NCBI GenBank assembly: GCA_038087875.1
Contig: CM075996.1
Span: 682,001 to 746,000 of the forward strand
Direction of reading: 5' to 3'
DNA: 64,000 bases
Source of the DNA: Malacoraja senta
Lineage: Eukaryota
The position numbers and the translations under genes were made by a program. This document shows, piece by piece, positions 11,495-25,513 of this stretch; position 1 is the first letter of the stretch; each line of letters opens with the position of its first letter. The notes under the pieces are model-generated. The model did no database searches. It was not told the DNA's origin and saw only the letters and a list, made by a program, of their open reading frames with translations.

Positions 11495-13523
11495 ACATAT
11501 AATAAATACCTGCATACCAGTTGTCCAGTACATAGAATGCTCCCTGGGTGAGGAAATATAAAATCTGACAACTTTTTTGTTGCTGATCATTAACTGATAG
11601 ATCCTTTGGAACGTACAAGTGTATAAAGAGATTCAAAAGATCGGAAGTTTATGTGGGAGAATGGACATTACACATAGGAATAGCCATATTGTTGTTGGAT
11701 GGTGCAGCAAGCTCAAGGAGCTGTATGCTTCCATCTGCTCTTATTTCCTATGTTCCTATGAAAAGAAGGCTTGGCAAATCAGCCACGGCCTCTCCACTGG
11801 CAAGTGCAGAAGACATTTGGTAGCTGAACTCACCCATTAGGCAAAGCCCTGTGGGTGAGGTATGAAACGTGCAGGAGATGTTTGCTGCTTAGCTGGAGTT
11901 CACATTTGTCATTATCACATGAAGAAGGAAGAAAAGAAATTAAATATAAAGCAGATGCTGGCAGAGAGTGGTACTTTATCATATTTACTCATTGTGTGAA
12001 GCTTACAGCTGTATGGCAGACTCAAAATGCATATTGTTGCCTCAAGGCCATCAATATCACAATAACATCTCGGGACTGTGGGGGGATGCTGCCAATACAC
12101 TGATGGCCTTTATTATTTGTTCTCTTCAAACTGCATCCAAATTCAGTCTGGATTCTCACAATGCAGAACATATAAAGGACAATACAACTGATGCCAAGGA
12201 CACGAGTGCGAGAAAGGGTTAGAGAAATGCAATCTTCACATGTCGAGTGAGCAAAGCAGTTTTACCTCACCAAAACCACTCTGCATTCAAAGAGCAGGAA
12301 AACGTCAAGGCAACAAATGAATGGCAAGGATCGGGAAAAATATATTGACACAATTGCTAAATGTTTGGAATAATCTATCAAGTAAACTAATAGGGACGTA
12401 AATGTTGGAGTTACTCCATTTATAATTACTATAATTAAATATAAAAATGTAAGGGTTGGGGGGAGGAAGGGATGAAGATTTGGATTTGGAACTGGAACCG
12501 ATACTTTCAGTACAGTGACTCACCAACTAAAACTAATTTCTTCCCGCACACACACACACTATCAGTGAACTTTAATTACATTGAGTCTCCAGCCAAAGCT
12601 CATTCCCTACATTCTACTAATTTCCTTGTTGAACCATCTCTTCATTACACCAACCCTATAGTCATAGCCTATACCCCACCCATAGCACACTGACTCTCCC
12701 TCTGAACTTCATCTCGCTTGTACACCTTTAGTCACCTGTACCCGTTAATCAAAGCCTATCCCCGAGTATGCTGACTCTCCTGGTGGGGAGTCTTCATCTT
12801 CCTAGTACATTGACTCTCCAACAAAAGCTTATTCCCTCCATTACACTTTTTCAATGACCCCTACCCTTCTTCTCTGTAATGTATAAGAGGGAAGTTTTTT
12901 TTTTTTAAGAGTCTGTGGGTGGGCCTAAACTTAAATTAGAGGGTCAGTGCACCGGAGAGATAGGTTTTTGGTCAGAGTGGGTGGACAGAGAGATGGAGTA
13001 TCACTGTACTGGACGGATGGCTGGATTAACACAATCAGTGAACTTGGCGGAAGGATCTGAGGGGCGTGTCAGTGTACTTGCTTGCTGGGATGGACTTCAG
13101 AGGGAGCAAATGTAGTGGAGTTATACATCTAATGTCATATTGTAAGCAAGTCAGATTTTGAATGCTCGCCCCCAAGCTTTGAACTATCCAAAAATGTCAT
13201 CGAATCATCCCTGTACGCAAATGCTAACCATCAAGAATCCATCTATACCAATCCTATTTACCAGCATTTCAACATAGCCTCTGTGACTTGCCAACTGAAG
13301 TGTTTATATAGATTGAATAGACACAAAATGATGGAGTAACTCAGAGGGACAGGGAGCATCTCTGGATAGAAGGAATGGGTGACTTTCCTGGTCAAGATAC
13401 CTCTTACATGTTGAGATACCTGTCTCCAACGCCTTCTCAGATGATGCATTTCAGATTCCAGCCACTGCTTATGAGTAAAATGTTTGTGCTCAGATCTCCC
13501 CGTATCCTAAACTATGCCCTTTA

Positions 13524-13829
13524 AGGACCTGTCCCACTGTACGAGGCAATTCAAGAGTTCTCCCGAGTTTCGCCTGATTCGAACTTGTAGAATTACGGTA
13601 ATAGCCGTTCGTAGGTACTCGGGGCTCTCATGGACATTTTTCACAGAGCTGAAAAAACTTCACGAGTTTCCGCGTTTCCCGAGTACCTGCCGTTAACATT
13701 ACGAGTCGCTACGGGACATCCACGAGCTCCGACGTAGCCGTTACGTACATTCTACGTACTTACCACGAGTTTGATTTTTTAAAAACTCGGGAGAGCTCTT
13801 GAATTACCTCGTACAGTGGGACAGGCCCT
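13524..13829. mobile_element. PIF/Harbinger-type MITE
   Basis: Long TIR AGGACCTGTCCCACTGTACGAGG / CCTCGTACAGTGGGACAGGCCCT; TTA TSD at 13521-13523 and 13830-13832. Confidence 0.85.
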
Positions 13830-14399
13830 TTAGTTTTAGAACTCTGGCTATGAGAAAAGGCTGCCTATTATCTACCCTATCTCTGGACTTCTTAATTTTG
13901 TTTACCTCTGTGAGAGATGGCTTTCCCCTTGTTGGAATAAAATGTCACAATAAGCCCAATCCTTCCCTACTGCATTAGGGAAACTTCATTGACCATCAGG
14001 CTTTCCATCAGATATGTTGGCATCTGTTTACATTGCAAGTCAAATCTTTATCACTTCCTTCTTCTTCCCAGCCTGGCTAAATGAGTGTGCTGTGCTTTGT
14101 GTTGACAATATGATAATGTGGCTGAATGCAAGCCCCTGAGATATTACTGACTGAGCCTAGTTCTGACAGTGGACAGGGAACAGTCAATAAACTGCAAAAC
14201 ATTCTTGTTTAGCAGTTTGGTAAAGCAATTTTATACTGTGCACCGAGAATCAATAAACAGAAAATAAACCAGAACCAATTAAAGGGAGACCCTACATAGG
14301 GAAGCACACCTTCAGGAGAGCTGGAGTTAATGATATTCCATCAAATCCTAACTCTGCTTTGTGCACACACATTAATTAAATTGTTTTTTCCCCAGATCA

Positions 14400-15425
14400 A
14401 GCACGCTACATTTTAATGGTCGATGGGTGTTTCAGTGATTGGAAGGCTGTCAACAGTGGGGTTTCACAAAGATCAATGCTAGATCCCTTGCTTTTCGTGT
14501 ATAAATATCAATGATTTAGACATAAATGGATGAGCAGATGATTGAAGTTTGCAGTTGATCAAAAATTGGCCGGTACACTTAATAATGAGGAGGAAAGCTG
14601 CAGCCTGCAGGAAGATATCAATGGATTAGTTAGGGGAGGTAAATACTGACAGATGGATTTTGGTCAGAGATTTGGGAAAAGCAAACAAAAACAACAGAAT
14701 GCACAATTAGTGGTAGGACATTGAATGATATGGAAGGACCATAACATTCTGGGGAGCGTCTCTACAGATCCCTAACAACAGTGGAACAGTTAGCATGGTA
14801 GTGAAGTAGGCATGTGGAAATGATTTTTTTTAATCAGCAGAGGGATACAGTAAGATACAAGAAATAAAAAAGAAAATGGTGGAATCATTCTGAGACAGGA
14901 GAATATATGGGAAGTGAAACACAGTTAGCATTTTAGGTCTAAGATACAAAGAATATAAGGGCAGGAAGATGAAACTATTTGGGCCATAGATATGGTCCTG
15001 TCTGCAGGTCTGGTCAGCACATTGCATGGAGTCATAGCATTAGTGAAGGTACAGAGATGATTTATGTTGCTAATTCTGGGAGTTGGTTAGTTATCAGACT
15101 GACTAAACTGGGTAATTTTCTTTGGCTGCAAGGAGGCGGAGGGTGGGTCTAAATGGGGTAAAGAGGAAGAACAAAGTTCTCTTAAAAGGAAGTCAATAAC
15201 TGGATGAGGTGGAGGGAACTTGATGAAAACATTTTTACACCCAAAGAATGTTGGAGGTCTGGAATTGCCTGAATGGGTGTTGGAGGTAGAAACCTCATTA
15301 CGTTTAGAAATAATCTTGTTTAGAGCTTAATGTGCCTGAGATTACGCTGTATCTCTTTTTTTTTATGAGCACAGACAATGGGTTAAATGGTCTCCTTCTG
15401 TGGTATGAATTTCTAGGATTCTATG
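14400..15425 (+). mobile_element. Old, highly decayed CR1 LINE (RT to 3' end)
   Basis: SGVSQRSMLDPLLF, INDLD, KFAxD motif remnants followed by a CR1-like tail. Confidence 0.7.
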
Positions 15426-15769
15426 TTTATATGTTCCTAATCTCTGGATGACATTCAACTAGCCACATATAGCTTCTGCATCCCTGGAACAGAGAGGAGA
15501 ATCAATCAGGATGTGTATTGCATCTACCCAGGAACACCATCACTTGCTGGGTCCACTCCAAGTTGTACAACACCCAAACTTGGAAATATATTGCTGCCTC
15601 TTTATTGTCTCTTGGTTTAAATTCTGAAGCTCCTTCCCAAATAGTACTGCGAGAGTACATTCACCAGGAAGGCTGCAGTGTGTTATGAAGGTTGTTCCCT
15701 GCTACCTTCTCAACGGTGTCTTGGAGAATGAGTAATAGATGCTGGCCTTGCCAATGTGGCCCAGTTCCT

Positions 15770-16230
15770 GGGAATAGAACATAGAACAATATGGCAGAAG
15801 AATAGGCCCTTCATGTATGTGCCGAACATGATGCCAAGATCAACTCATATTCACCTGAACATAATACATATCCCTCCATTCCCTGCATATGGAGGGATAT
15901 GTATCTGTCCCTATTGTATCTGTTCAACCACCACAGCATGTTCTAGGCACTCGCCACTCTCTGTGTAAAAAACATGCCCTACACATCGCCTTTAAACTTT
16001 GCCCCACTCGTCTTAAAACTATGCGCTCTAGTATTTGATTTTTGGAAAAAAGGTTCTGACTGTCTACCCTATCTATGCCTTCCATAATTCTGAATACTTC
16101 TAAGAGGTCTCCCAGCACCCCTGGCTTTCCAGGGAAAACAATCCAAGTCCATCCAACCTCTCCCTGTAGCTAATACCCCCTACTGCCACGTCCTTCCTAC
16201 AATGGGACGACCAGAACTGCAGGCAATACT
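15770..16230 (-). mobile_element. CR1 LINE 3' fragment
   Basis: Minus ORF GDLLEVFRIMEGIDRVDSQNLF; (ATAGAAC)n tail at about 15774-15788. Confidence 0.75.
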
Positions 16231-16904
16231 CCATGAATAAGCGAAAGCTAAACTTCGACCAGGTAGCAGTGATCTCCGCCTTCTTGCATGCTTCATAAGC
16301 ATGGACTAATTACAGCAGATATCTCAGAGCACCGGAGAGGTATATCAATGCTACTTCCATCAAATGCACAAAGTTCACGGGAAATGATGAGCAAACCAAC
16401 ATCTGCATCAGCTCCCAGGTCAATGCTCACAACACCAGGGCTCTGATTAATTCAATCAGCAAGCCATATCAATCGCTCCTCTAACATCAGACTGCCAAAG
16501 CCGGACTCTTCCTCTGAGCTCCTTCATGGCAAGAAATTACCAGGAGGACTGAGGAACTGATTCAACTGAGGTTTTCAATTTCCAAAGCCTGGTCAAACCC
16601 AAGAACCTCAGGTTCCTTCATCAGGAACACATAGAAGCCTAGAGAAAATAGAAGGTATCGCACAGAGCTCACCAAACTTGCACCACTTGTGGCACAGTCT
16701 GCTGGTCTCAAAATGACTCCTAAGCTACTGCAAAGCTCACAGAATTGAAGTCAGCCTTCAACCCCAAGAATCACACTCAGAATGAGGAACTAAAAATCCT
16801 AAGTAACCTGTAGGAAGCAAGATGAGTTGCTCAGTTCAGAATCAAACAGGGCAACAGAAATTCTTTCTTTTTATTGAACTTCTCCAGCAATCTTGCTGCC
16901 CTAA

Positions 16905-17660
16905 TAAAAGAACGGAAAATGTTGGAAGCACACAGCAGGTCAGGCAGCATCTGCAGGATGCGGAACAGAGTCAACAGAGTCAGGTTAAGGGCCTATCATC
17001 AGAGCTGGAAAAGTGACAACACAAATTTGTTTTAATTTGCCGAGAAGGAGAGGTACAAAGGGGATATCTATGATAGGGTACAGATCAGTGTTGTCAAGGT
17101 ATCAGTTACTTCAAATGGCACAAGGGCATCCTCTACATTTGAGAAAATGAACACAGATTGGGGAACTCCTTTTCTAAACACCATGTTAAATAGTCAATGG
17201 CAACCCTGAGGCTCCAGCCCCACTCCCACTATGACCTTTCAGTTGTTGGTCTCCAACCATGTTCCAATGATGCCAAAAGTAGGCTTGAAGGACATTGTCT
17301 CATCTTCCATCTGGGCATATATCAGCTTTTGGGACAATTTGAATTTAATATTTTCAGGTAACCAAACTGTCTCTTTTTCTCCGTGTCCACGAATGTGACT
17401 GTATCTTTAATTTTCAATCCATTTATTTGTTCTCTACTGTCTCTGCCAGGTTTTGAAGTGATTGTTACCTTGACAACACTGCACCCTATCACACATATTA
17501 CCTCTGTTCTCTCCAACTCTCTATCTCTACAAATTAAAACAAATTTGTTTTCTCACGTTTTCAGTTCTGATGAAAAGACATTGACCTGAAGCATTGACTT
17601 GGCTCCTCTCCCTGCAGATGCTGCCTGACCTGCTGAGTGCTTCCAATATTTTCTGTTCGT
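16905..17660 (+). mobile_element. Older Penelope fragment with inverted terminal arm
   Basis: 16905-17040 is inverted relative to 17530-17655; GIY-YIG tail remnant at 17200-17362. Confidence 0.6.
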
Positions 17661-18189
17661 TGTTGAGGGCAGCAAGGCTATGGAGGTGATGATTTTTGAT
17701 GAGAGGTTACTCAATGGTAGAGAATGTAGAGCAAGTGATTTTAGATGCAAATGATGATCATTACTTTATAGCTATCATCCTTGTAACTAACCGCTCTCTG
17801 GGTTGGGGAAAACAGTTTAGTAGAAAGTTCCTGAGAAAGTCTGCAACAGCCTTTCACAAGCCAAGCACACACACTGACTTCTTCATGTGTCATGCGTACA
17901 TGTTGCAATGGATGTATTCAGCAAACATACAGTACAGATTACATATTGTTAGACAGAAGATGAAAGGCAGTGCTTTATCCCACTCCCTCACGCCACTCTC
18001 ATTCTGGAATGGAAGAGCTCAGGTGAGATTTATTGCAGTTCTCACAAATCAGGGCTTGTTTCCCTGACAACCATGCATTTTGCTTCCATGTATTTGCTTT
18101 TGTCTAATCATTCAAACATGTTAGTTGCCTCTTATATTCAACACCTTCCTTTCTTTGGAAGTTGCTGCCATCAACTGACTCTATTCTAC

Positions 18190-18520
18190 CAGGCCAGATT
18201 CAGTGGGTAACTCTCTTACCTCTATGCCAGTAGTCTCACCCTCATGTCCTCAGCGTGAAAATTTGAACTTAATCCTGGGTGTGGTACTGAGGTGGTGCTG
18301 CTTAGTCGAAGGATCTGTCTTCTGGATGGGGTGTTATATAGTGGCCGATTTTGTGCTCTCCTGTGTGTACAAAGTACCCCATGGTCCATCATGATGAAGA
18401 GGGAGGGGAGTTCCACAACTAACATTTATCACTTGATATGCAATACTAAAGTTGATGCTCTGGGTAATCATTGCATTACTGCTTGTTGACTCTTGCTGAA
18501 CACAATGAGGCTGCTACTTA
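18190..18520 (+). mobile_element. DeuSINE/SacSINE1-like ancient SINE
   Basis: GTACTGAGG..GTGCTGC, GTCTTCTGGATG, CCCATGG, GGGGAGTT, AACATTTATC motifs in the expected order. Confidence 0.65.
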
Positions 18521-18522
18521 TG

Positions 18523-18840
18523 GGGCAACACAGCGGTAGAGTTGCTGCCTTACAGTGCCAGATACCCTGGTTCGATCCTGACTACGGGTGCTGTTTGTAT
18601 GGAGATTGTACGTTCTCCCTTTGACCACATGGGTTTTCTCCGGGTGCTCTGGTTTCCTCCCACACTCTAAAGATGCACAGGTTTGTACGTTAATTGGCTT
18701 GGGTAAAATAGTAAATTGTCCCTAGTGTGTAGGATAGTGTTAGTGTGTAGGACAGTGTTAGTGTATAGGGATCGTTGATTGGCGTGAACTCAGTGGGCTG
18801 ACGGGCCTGTTTCCATGCTGTATCTCTAAGTCTAAAGTCT
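18523..18840 (+). mobile_element. Near full-length HE1-type SINE
   Basis: tRNA-like head GGTTCGATCC, core, tail GGGCCTGTTTCCATGCTGTATCTCTAA. Confidence 0.85.
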
Positions 18841-18844
18841 ACTT

Positions 18845-19480
18845 TCGTGTATTGGATGAATAAGCAGAAAGAACTTCAGTGATTGTAAAAATATTTTGGG
18901 ACATCCTGGAATTCTTGAAAGATACTCTGGAACTCCAAGACCATGTTTTCCAAATGGGTCATGAACAAATTGCAAAATTGTAAGCTGTGGACCACAGTTT
19001 GATAATTTCTCCAAACTTTGGTGAATTCAGGTGATGATCCAGTCTTGTGCTACATTTTAAAAATTGACAGAGCAAACATTCATTCCTACACTGAGGTGAA
19101 AAAGGGTGGGAGAGGGCGCCGATAGTCACCAGTTGAACCAAACGGCCCATTTCAATGTTGCAAGTTTGATTTACATCTCCTCCATCTGTTTTGGGACCTG
19201 GCAAAAGTTGGCATTGCTGCAGCTGTTGCCATGCTCCTCGTGACCTTTGCCAAGATTTTGGAAGCCGGGTGCCAAGTACGGGCAGCTGTGTGTCCACAGC
19301 GTGGTGCCCCAGAGATTGGTGGTCCAGTGCTGGGAATCCGTAAGCTGAATGTGCTCGCATCCGAGTGATACATTCAACATGCTCTTTGGAAACATCTGTT
19401 CACTTGCACCCATTTGTTTATATCTCCACTCAGCATCCCATTTGAGATGAGACTACAGCAAACTCTACCTCTTGTAAATA
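18845..19480 (-). mobile_element. Decayed LINE RT remnant, possibly RTE
   Basis: Scattered motifs GCPKIF..LLIH, SPTLF, CPYL in different frames. Confidence 0.35.
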
Positions 19481-19679
19481 TCAGTTCTGATTCTCTAAAA
19501 GTCATAGTCATACAGCACCGAAAAAGGCCCTTGGGCCCAATTTGTTCTCGCCAATCAAGATGCCTCATCTACTCTAGTCCCACCTCCATGCGTTTGGCCC
19601 GTAAACCTCTAAACATTTCCTATCCATGGACATGTCCAAGGGGAAGGAGAAAGAAATGAAATCACCAACAATAATTGCA

Positions 19680-20200
19680 TTTAAAGGAACTATAACCATC
19701 TCCCTTTCGCAATCGAAGGCATTAATACCGATGAATTCCCATTATAAACATCCTGGGGGTTAACACTGGCTGGAGAATTTACTGGACTAGCTACATAAAT
19801 AATGTGGCTACAAAAGCAGTTCAGAGGCTGGGAATGTTGTGGTGTGTGACTCCCCAGAGCCTTTTTTATCACATACATGGCACAAGTCAGGAGTGCAAGA
19901 TAACTAGGTTGAATGCAGCTCGAACAACAGGAAAAAGCTCCATCCGTAACAAAACAACCTGCTTGATTGGCAACCCATCCACCAACCTAAACGTGCATCC
20001 CTCCACCAGCAGCACACAGTGGTTGCAGTTGCACCATCGGAAGAAAAACACCAGTAACTCGCAAAGACATCTCTTACTGTTCCTCCCAAACCCACGATCT
20101 TTAACATCAAGAAGGACAAGGCTAGCAGATGCAGGGGAACACCACCATTAGCAGGTTCCCTTCAAGTCGCCCATCATTCAGTCCTGGAAATGTATCGCCA
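19680..20200 (+). mobile_element. Decayed CR1/L2-group LINE 3' part
   Basis: ILGV..WTSYINNVATKAVQRLGML RT C-terminal remnant. Confidence 0.6.
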
Positions 20201-20496
20201 TTTATCGTAACCAGAAGTATATGGAGATACCTGATGGTTTTCAGAGAGCAAGTTCACTGGAAGAGCTACCCAGATTAAGGTGGCAGTTCAACGCCACCTT
20301 CTTGAGGGGAATAAGGACTGGAGAATTATTGCTGGTCTTATTTTGAGAAAATAAGGGGAAGAATTGCTCCCATGGTCTTCTTCTTGCGTATGGCATCCAC
20401 AGCCTAAAGTTGTAAGATAACTTGTTCTGTTTAATCTTCTGTTTGTGCACGCCAGGTTGATTGCATTCGTTGAAACAGGGTGGACCACGTGAAGGT

Positions 20497-20810
20497 ATAT
20501 ATGTGTCTGTAGGTATTATGGGAAATTGCCTAGGGCAGTATTATTATTAGTTAGGAATTGATTTTTAAATATGATAGAAGTGTTGGGGAAAAGGGGTGAG
20601 ATTTAATAAGTTATTCTTCTTCTCACTCCTTTTCGAACTTGTACAGACTCAGAGTTGGACATTGGAACCTTGATTTTGTTCTTCTCATTTGTAAATGTTG
20701 ATTGCAATGTTCAATTGTTTGATAATTTCGATTTTGTTAATATCAATGTCTTTAATGTCTTTACTTGTTCGGAATAAATAAATAAATAAAAATAAATAAA
20801 TAAATAAAGG
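20497..20810 (+). mobile_element. L1/Tx1-like 3' UTR insertion with (AAAT)n tail
   Basis: Interrupts GACCACGTGAAGG|TTGCAATCTCCCACCCC with AAGGT duplicated at both ends. Confidence 0.55.
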
Positions 20811-21142
20811 TTGCAATCTCCCACCCCGCTCACATGGTGAAATGTCAACTGAGCACAACAGACAAGCATCATCAAAAGTTAACATCATAATTACATCAGG
20901 AGGCAGAATTTCCTGTAAGCGGCATCAGACAGATGTGCAAGGTCATTTAACAGTACTGCATGGCCAACAAACATCTTGAACAATCTGAAGAAGGTCTTGA
21001 CCTAAAACGTCACCGATCCATGTTCTCCAAAGATGCTGCCTGACTCCAGCATTTTGTGTCCTCTTTGTGAACCAGCATCAGCAGTTCCTTGTTTCTACAT
21101 TTAAAACATTGCAATCTTGCGCACACGTGTATTCTGGCTTTA

Positions 21143-21428
21143 AGGTTTAGAGATACAGTGCAGAAACAGGCCCTTTGGCCAATGGAATCTGCGCCGACCA
21201 GCGATGCCATACACTAACAGTATCCTACACACTAGGGACAATTTTTACCGAAGCCAGTTAACTTACACACCTGCACATCTTTGGATGTGGGAGGAAGCCG
21301 GAGCACCTGGAGAAAACCCACGCGATCACAGGGAGAACGTACAACCTCCATACAGACATAGTCAGGAACGAATCCGGGTCTCTGATGCTGTAAGGCAGCA
21401 ACTCTACCACTGCCCCACTGTGCCACCC
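21143..21428 (-). mobile_element. HE1-type SINE
   Basis: Reverse complement of 18523-18840. Confidence 0.85.
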
Positions 21429-21600
21429 AAAACTGCTTCAACATGAAAAATGGCCTTCCAAAGACGAAAGAGCTGTGTACTTCTGCTCTGCCCCAAGGAT
21501 TAGAAAGCAGAACAGAACTCCAGATGTCGCAAGATACCCATGTCGACTTAAACTTGCATCTCCCTTAATCAGCTCCCCCTTAGTGCATTGTCTTTCTCAG

Positions 21601-21630
21601 CCTGCCACCTGGTGGCCTTTGGCAGTGCAG
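21601..21630 (-). promoter_or_regulatory. Candidate CTCF site with upstream module
   Basis: Minus strand CTGCACTGCC-AAA-GGCCACCAGGTGGCAGG. Confidence 0.6.
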
Positions 21631-22883
21631 CATAGAGAATGCACCCAAATGAATGCCATGGCAACCAAAAGAAGAGAAAGAATATTAAGGAGCACACCTT
21701 ATCAGGCAAGCTTTAGCCTGCAGACTGCAGATTTATCTTTTGTCTGTATTTTCACAAGGCATTTGCCCTTCACCCTCCCTTTCCTTCACCACACATTGAA
21801 GAGATTGGCCATTGGCCTTCACCTAATAGAGCAAATCATTCCATCGGAGGGGGAGGGGAAAAAATCATCTACTACTAGAATTTCCCGGAACCTCATTGAA
21901 GATTAATAGCCAGACCTTGGCTGTGAGTAAAACTCCGTACAAAAATCACTAAGTTCAAAATAAAATTGCGTGGGACTTCATGTCGTTTTTGTTTACTGAT
22001 TATAAAACTATTGGAGGTGGAGAAAATAAAGGCAGCTTGACCAGATGGGATAGTTGGAAGGTGGAAATTGTGATAATACCTTCCAAAATGTGTGATATTA
22101 GAGTTGGCAACGCTGAATAGGGAGGTGTGGGAAACATAGCGTGGAGTAAAAACATCAAATGCTAGAAATACTTAGCAGGATGAGCAGCATCTGTGGACTG
22201 AGAAAGAGCTAATGTTTCAGGATGACAATTTTTCATAACAACACAAGAGACTAAGAAGTAGGCTACATGGCCTGCTCAACTATCCATTAAAAATATGACT
22301 GATCCTCTATCTCAGCAACATGTCCCATCATTGTCCCCATATACTTTGATTCCCCTAATGCCCAAAAGCATATGAATCTTAATTTCAAATGAGGACAATA
22401 TCTGAGACTTCATAACCATCTGTGGAAGTTCCAAAGGCTCCTCGCCTCTGAGTGAAGAAAATATCATTGACTCTTCAGTCAGGGGAAATTTCCTCCTTGC
22501 ATCCAGCCTACCAAACTCTTTTCTTTGTAAGCTTCAGTGAAATCTCCTTTCACTCTTTTAAATTCTACAGTCCCAGTTTACTTGGTGTCTCCTCAAATAG
22601 CAAACCCATCATGTGTGTAGGAATGAAACTGCAGATGCTGATTTACACCGAAGAGGGACACAAAATGCTGGAGTAACTCAGCCGGTCAGGCAGCATTTCT
22701 GGAGAAAAGGAATAGGTGATGTTTCGGGTTTTCAGCCCCATCATTCCAGGGATCAATCTATGAATCATTTGCTGCATTTCCTCTTCGACAAGTACGTTAC
22801 TGCATTGACTTAGAGACCAAAATCTCACATGCAGACTTACCAAGCTTCCATATATTGCAATAATGCTTCCTATTAAAAATCCT

Positions 22884-23218
22884 GGGCAGCATAGGAGCAT
22901 AGCTGGTAGAGCCATTGCCTCACAGTGCCAGAGACCCGAGTTCAATCCCGATCACAGCTGCTGTTTGTGTGGAGTTTATATGTTCTCCCTGTGACTGTAT
23001 GGGTTTCATCTGGGTACTCCAGTTTCCTCCCACATCCCAAAGTCATGTGGCTTTGTAGGTTAATTGGCCGTTGTTAATTCCCCCTTTTGTATGTAGGGAA
23101 TGAATGAGAAGGTGGGATAACATTGAACTCGTGTGAACAGGTGATCAATGGTTACCATAGACTGGGTGGGCCGAAGGTCCCGTTTCCAAACTGCATCTCT
23201 AAAATAAACTAAATCAAA
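22884..23218 (+). mobile_element. HE1-type SINE
   Basis: Head, core and tail match the family. Confidence 0.75.
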
Positions 23219-24009
23219 CCCTCTTGTAAAAAAGGTTGATGTACCATCATTAGCTGCACCTACATGTTGGCCTTCAGTGATTTGTGTGCCAGCTCATCCA
23301 GGTCCACTTGAACATCAACATTACCCAATCGCTCACCATTTAACACATTCTCTGCTTTTCTTTATATGCACCAAAATGGATGATTTCACATTTTCTTCCA
23401 TGAGCCATCAGAGGGTTGTCGCCCACTCTCTCAGCTGTCTGTGCTGGGATAGAGACTGATCAACACAGATGGTGTTTGTGCTGTCTAGAGTTGCTGTAAA
23501 TAACAAGCATTCACCACCCAACTTCTCTGCCTGCATCACTTGTATCATTCTTTCTCTTTTTGTTTCCATCCTATCACAGGAATTCACTTTGTTCTCTCCA
23601 CCTCTCCCCTTCTCTCCAACTTAAAATAAATTTATTTCCTGAATTCTCCAAGTTCTGGTGAAAGGTATTTAACCTGAGTACTTGTTTCTCTCACCACAAA
23701 TGCTGCCTGACCTCCTGAGTATATCCACTATTTTCAGTTTATATATCAGATTTCCAGCACCTGCAGTTTTTGCTTTTTGAATATTATGTGATAAGTCAGT
23801 CTTTTCTCTTCTGGCCTCAGCAACATTAGAAATGGAACATTACTCAGGCACAAGGTACTAACTTGCTGAACTGGAGAACATACAAGATTCACACAGGCAA
23901 CGGCAGGCCCAAGATATTTCAAATTTCATAATTAAAAGTGAACAGATTGGAACTCCTTTCTTTTTTTGAAGAATAGGGCCCAACAGGGGTTATGAAAAGA
24001 TTTTATTTT

Positions 24010-24370
24010 CAATTATTTCTTTGTTGGATGTGTACATCACTGTCAAGGCTGGTATTTGATATTCAGTTCTAATTGCATTCCCTCACTAGATCGATTCAAA
24101 GGGCAAGGAATCGCATTCCTTTGGGTTTGGAGTCGCATGTAGGTCGAATCAAGTACGAATGCCATATTTCCTTCCTTGAAGGACATTAGCTAACTGGTTG
24201 AATTTTTATGACAGTCAAATAATTTTATTGTCACCATTACTGATACTTTCATTCCATATTTACTTAGTTGCTTGAATTTAAAATTTGCAGCCGTTGCAAT
24301 GCAAATATATCTCCAGATAAATATAATAACTTCAGAATACTTGTACGGTAACTCAACTATTGCTGGTTGA
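24010..24370 (-). mobile_element. Ancient SINE-like repeat (related copy at about 8150-8450 on +)
   Basis: Diverged but collinear with 8150-8450 (TTTGAATT, GACTCCAAA..CCA motifs). Confidence 0.45.
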
Positions 24371-24979
24371 CAAAATAGATGGCCTAGAAATTGCTCCACA
24401 CTACATAGCTGTTGTTTGAACAGCACTGCAGGGTGACCCTAATGCTGTGTGTGGAGGTTGCATAAGGTCCAAGAATATTAATAAAGAGGTTCATAGGACA
24501 AGTGTTGCTGGTTTTACATGGATAACACTGCACTAACACAGACGGTTCAACCTGGATTTCCCTATCAATGTGTTGACAGATTCTCCCTGTTCTTGGCATG
24601 TAACAAGCAGAGGTGATCTTTGTAGGCCGTTCTTAAAGGGACCTAAAATAATGCAAGTAGCACTCTTCCTATTATGAATAAATGTAGGCTAAAATGATGG
24701 GAGGTAACAGGAGAGTGTGCCTATGGTGTGAAAGGGATTTTTGTCCAGGGGAGGGCTGTTCTCTATGTGTGGGAGTCATGGAGAACCTTTAAGCTTCTGA
24801 TATGTGACTGCATGAAAGGTCTCTGGAACATGAATACCTGTAGTCTGGGGTAGCCCACAATGCAGGCACACGTCTGTGTCTGCTCTGTCCATTCCCGTAA
24901 GCCCGAAGCAAGAATATATGGTTTGTTCTCTGAATATCTGCCCTAATGCACCCTTGAGCAGCTAACTGCGGCAGAGATC

Positions 24980-25513
24980 GAGCAGTACAGTGATGCAGAA
25001 TGTACCTTATGGTCCAGGGGACCAGGTTTGATCCTGACCCTTAGTCCTGTCAATGAGTTTACACATTCTCCCATGGGGTTCATCCCCCTCCTTTTCCCCC
25101 CCAACTCATCATCCCCTCCACCCCCTGATTTCTACCCACCACTTTGATTTCCACCCGCAATCCAAAACATGCTTGTAGGTTAAATGGCTACTGTAAATTA
25201 ACCCTCAGAATTTGCCCTCTTTAGGGCACTACAATGGCACTGCGGTAGAGAGCCGAGTTCAACCCTGACTACGGGTGCTGTAAGTACGGAGTTTTTATTT
25301 TCTACCTGTGACCATGTGGGTTTTCACCAGGTGCTCAGGTTTCCACCCACACTCCAAAGACATTCAGATTTGCAGGTTAATTGGCTTTGATAAAATTGTT
25401 AATTGTTCCTGATGTGCAGGATAGTATCAGTGTACGGGGTGATTGCTGGTCGGCGCTGTTTCGGTGGACGGTAGGGTCTACTTCCACGCTGTATCTCCAA
25501 AGTCGAAAGTCTA
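24980..25513 (+). mobile_element. Two adjacent HE1-type SINEs (degenerate 24980-25200, fuller 25224-25513)
   Basis: Family core and TCCACGCTGTATCTC tail. Confidence 0.7.

Noticed and set aside
11121-11636. Long ORFs here and at 51106-51439
   Set aside because: Open only because they cross N gaps
18523-18590. tRNA-like sequences here and at other SINE heads
   Set aside because: They continue into SINE bodies and do not form complete cloverleaves
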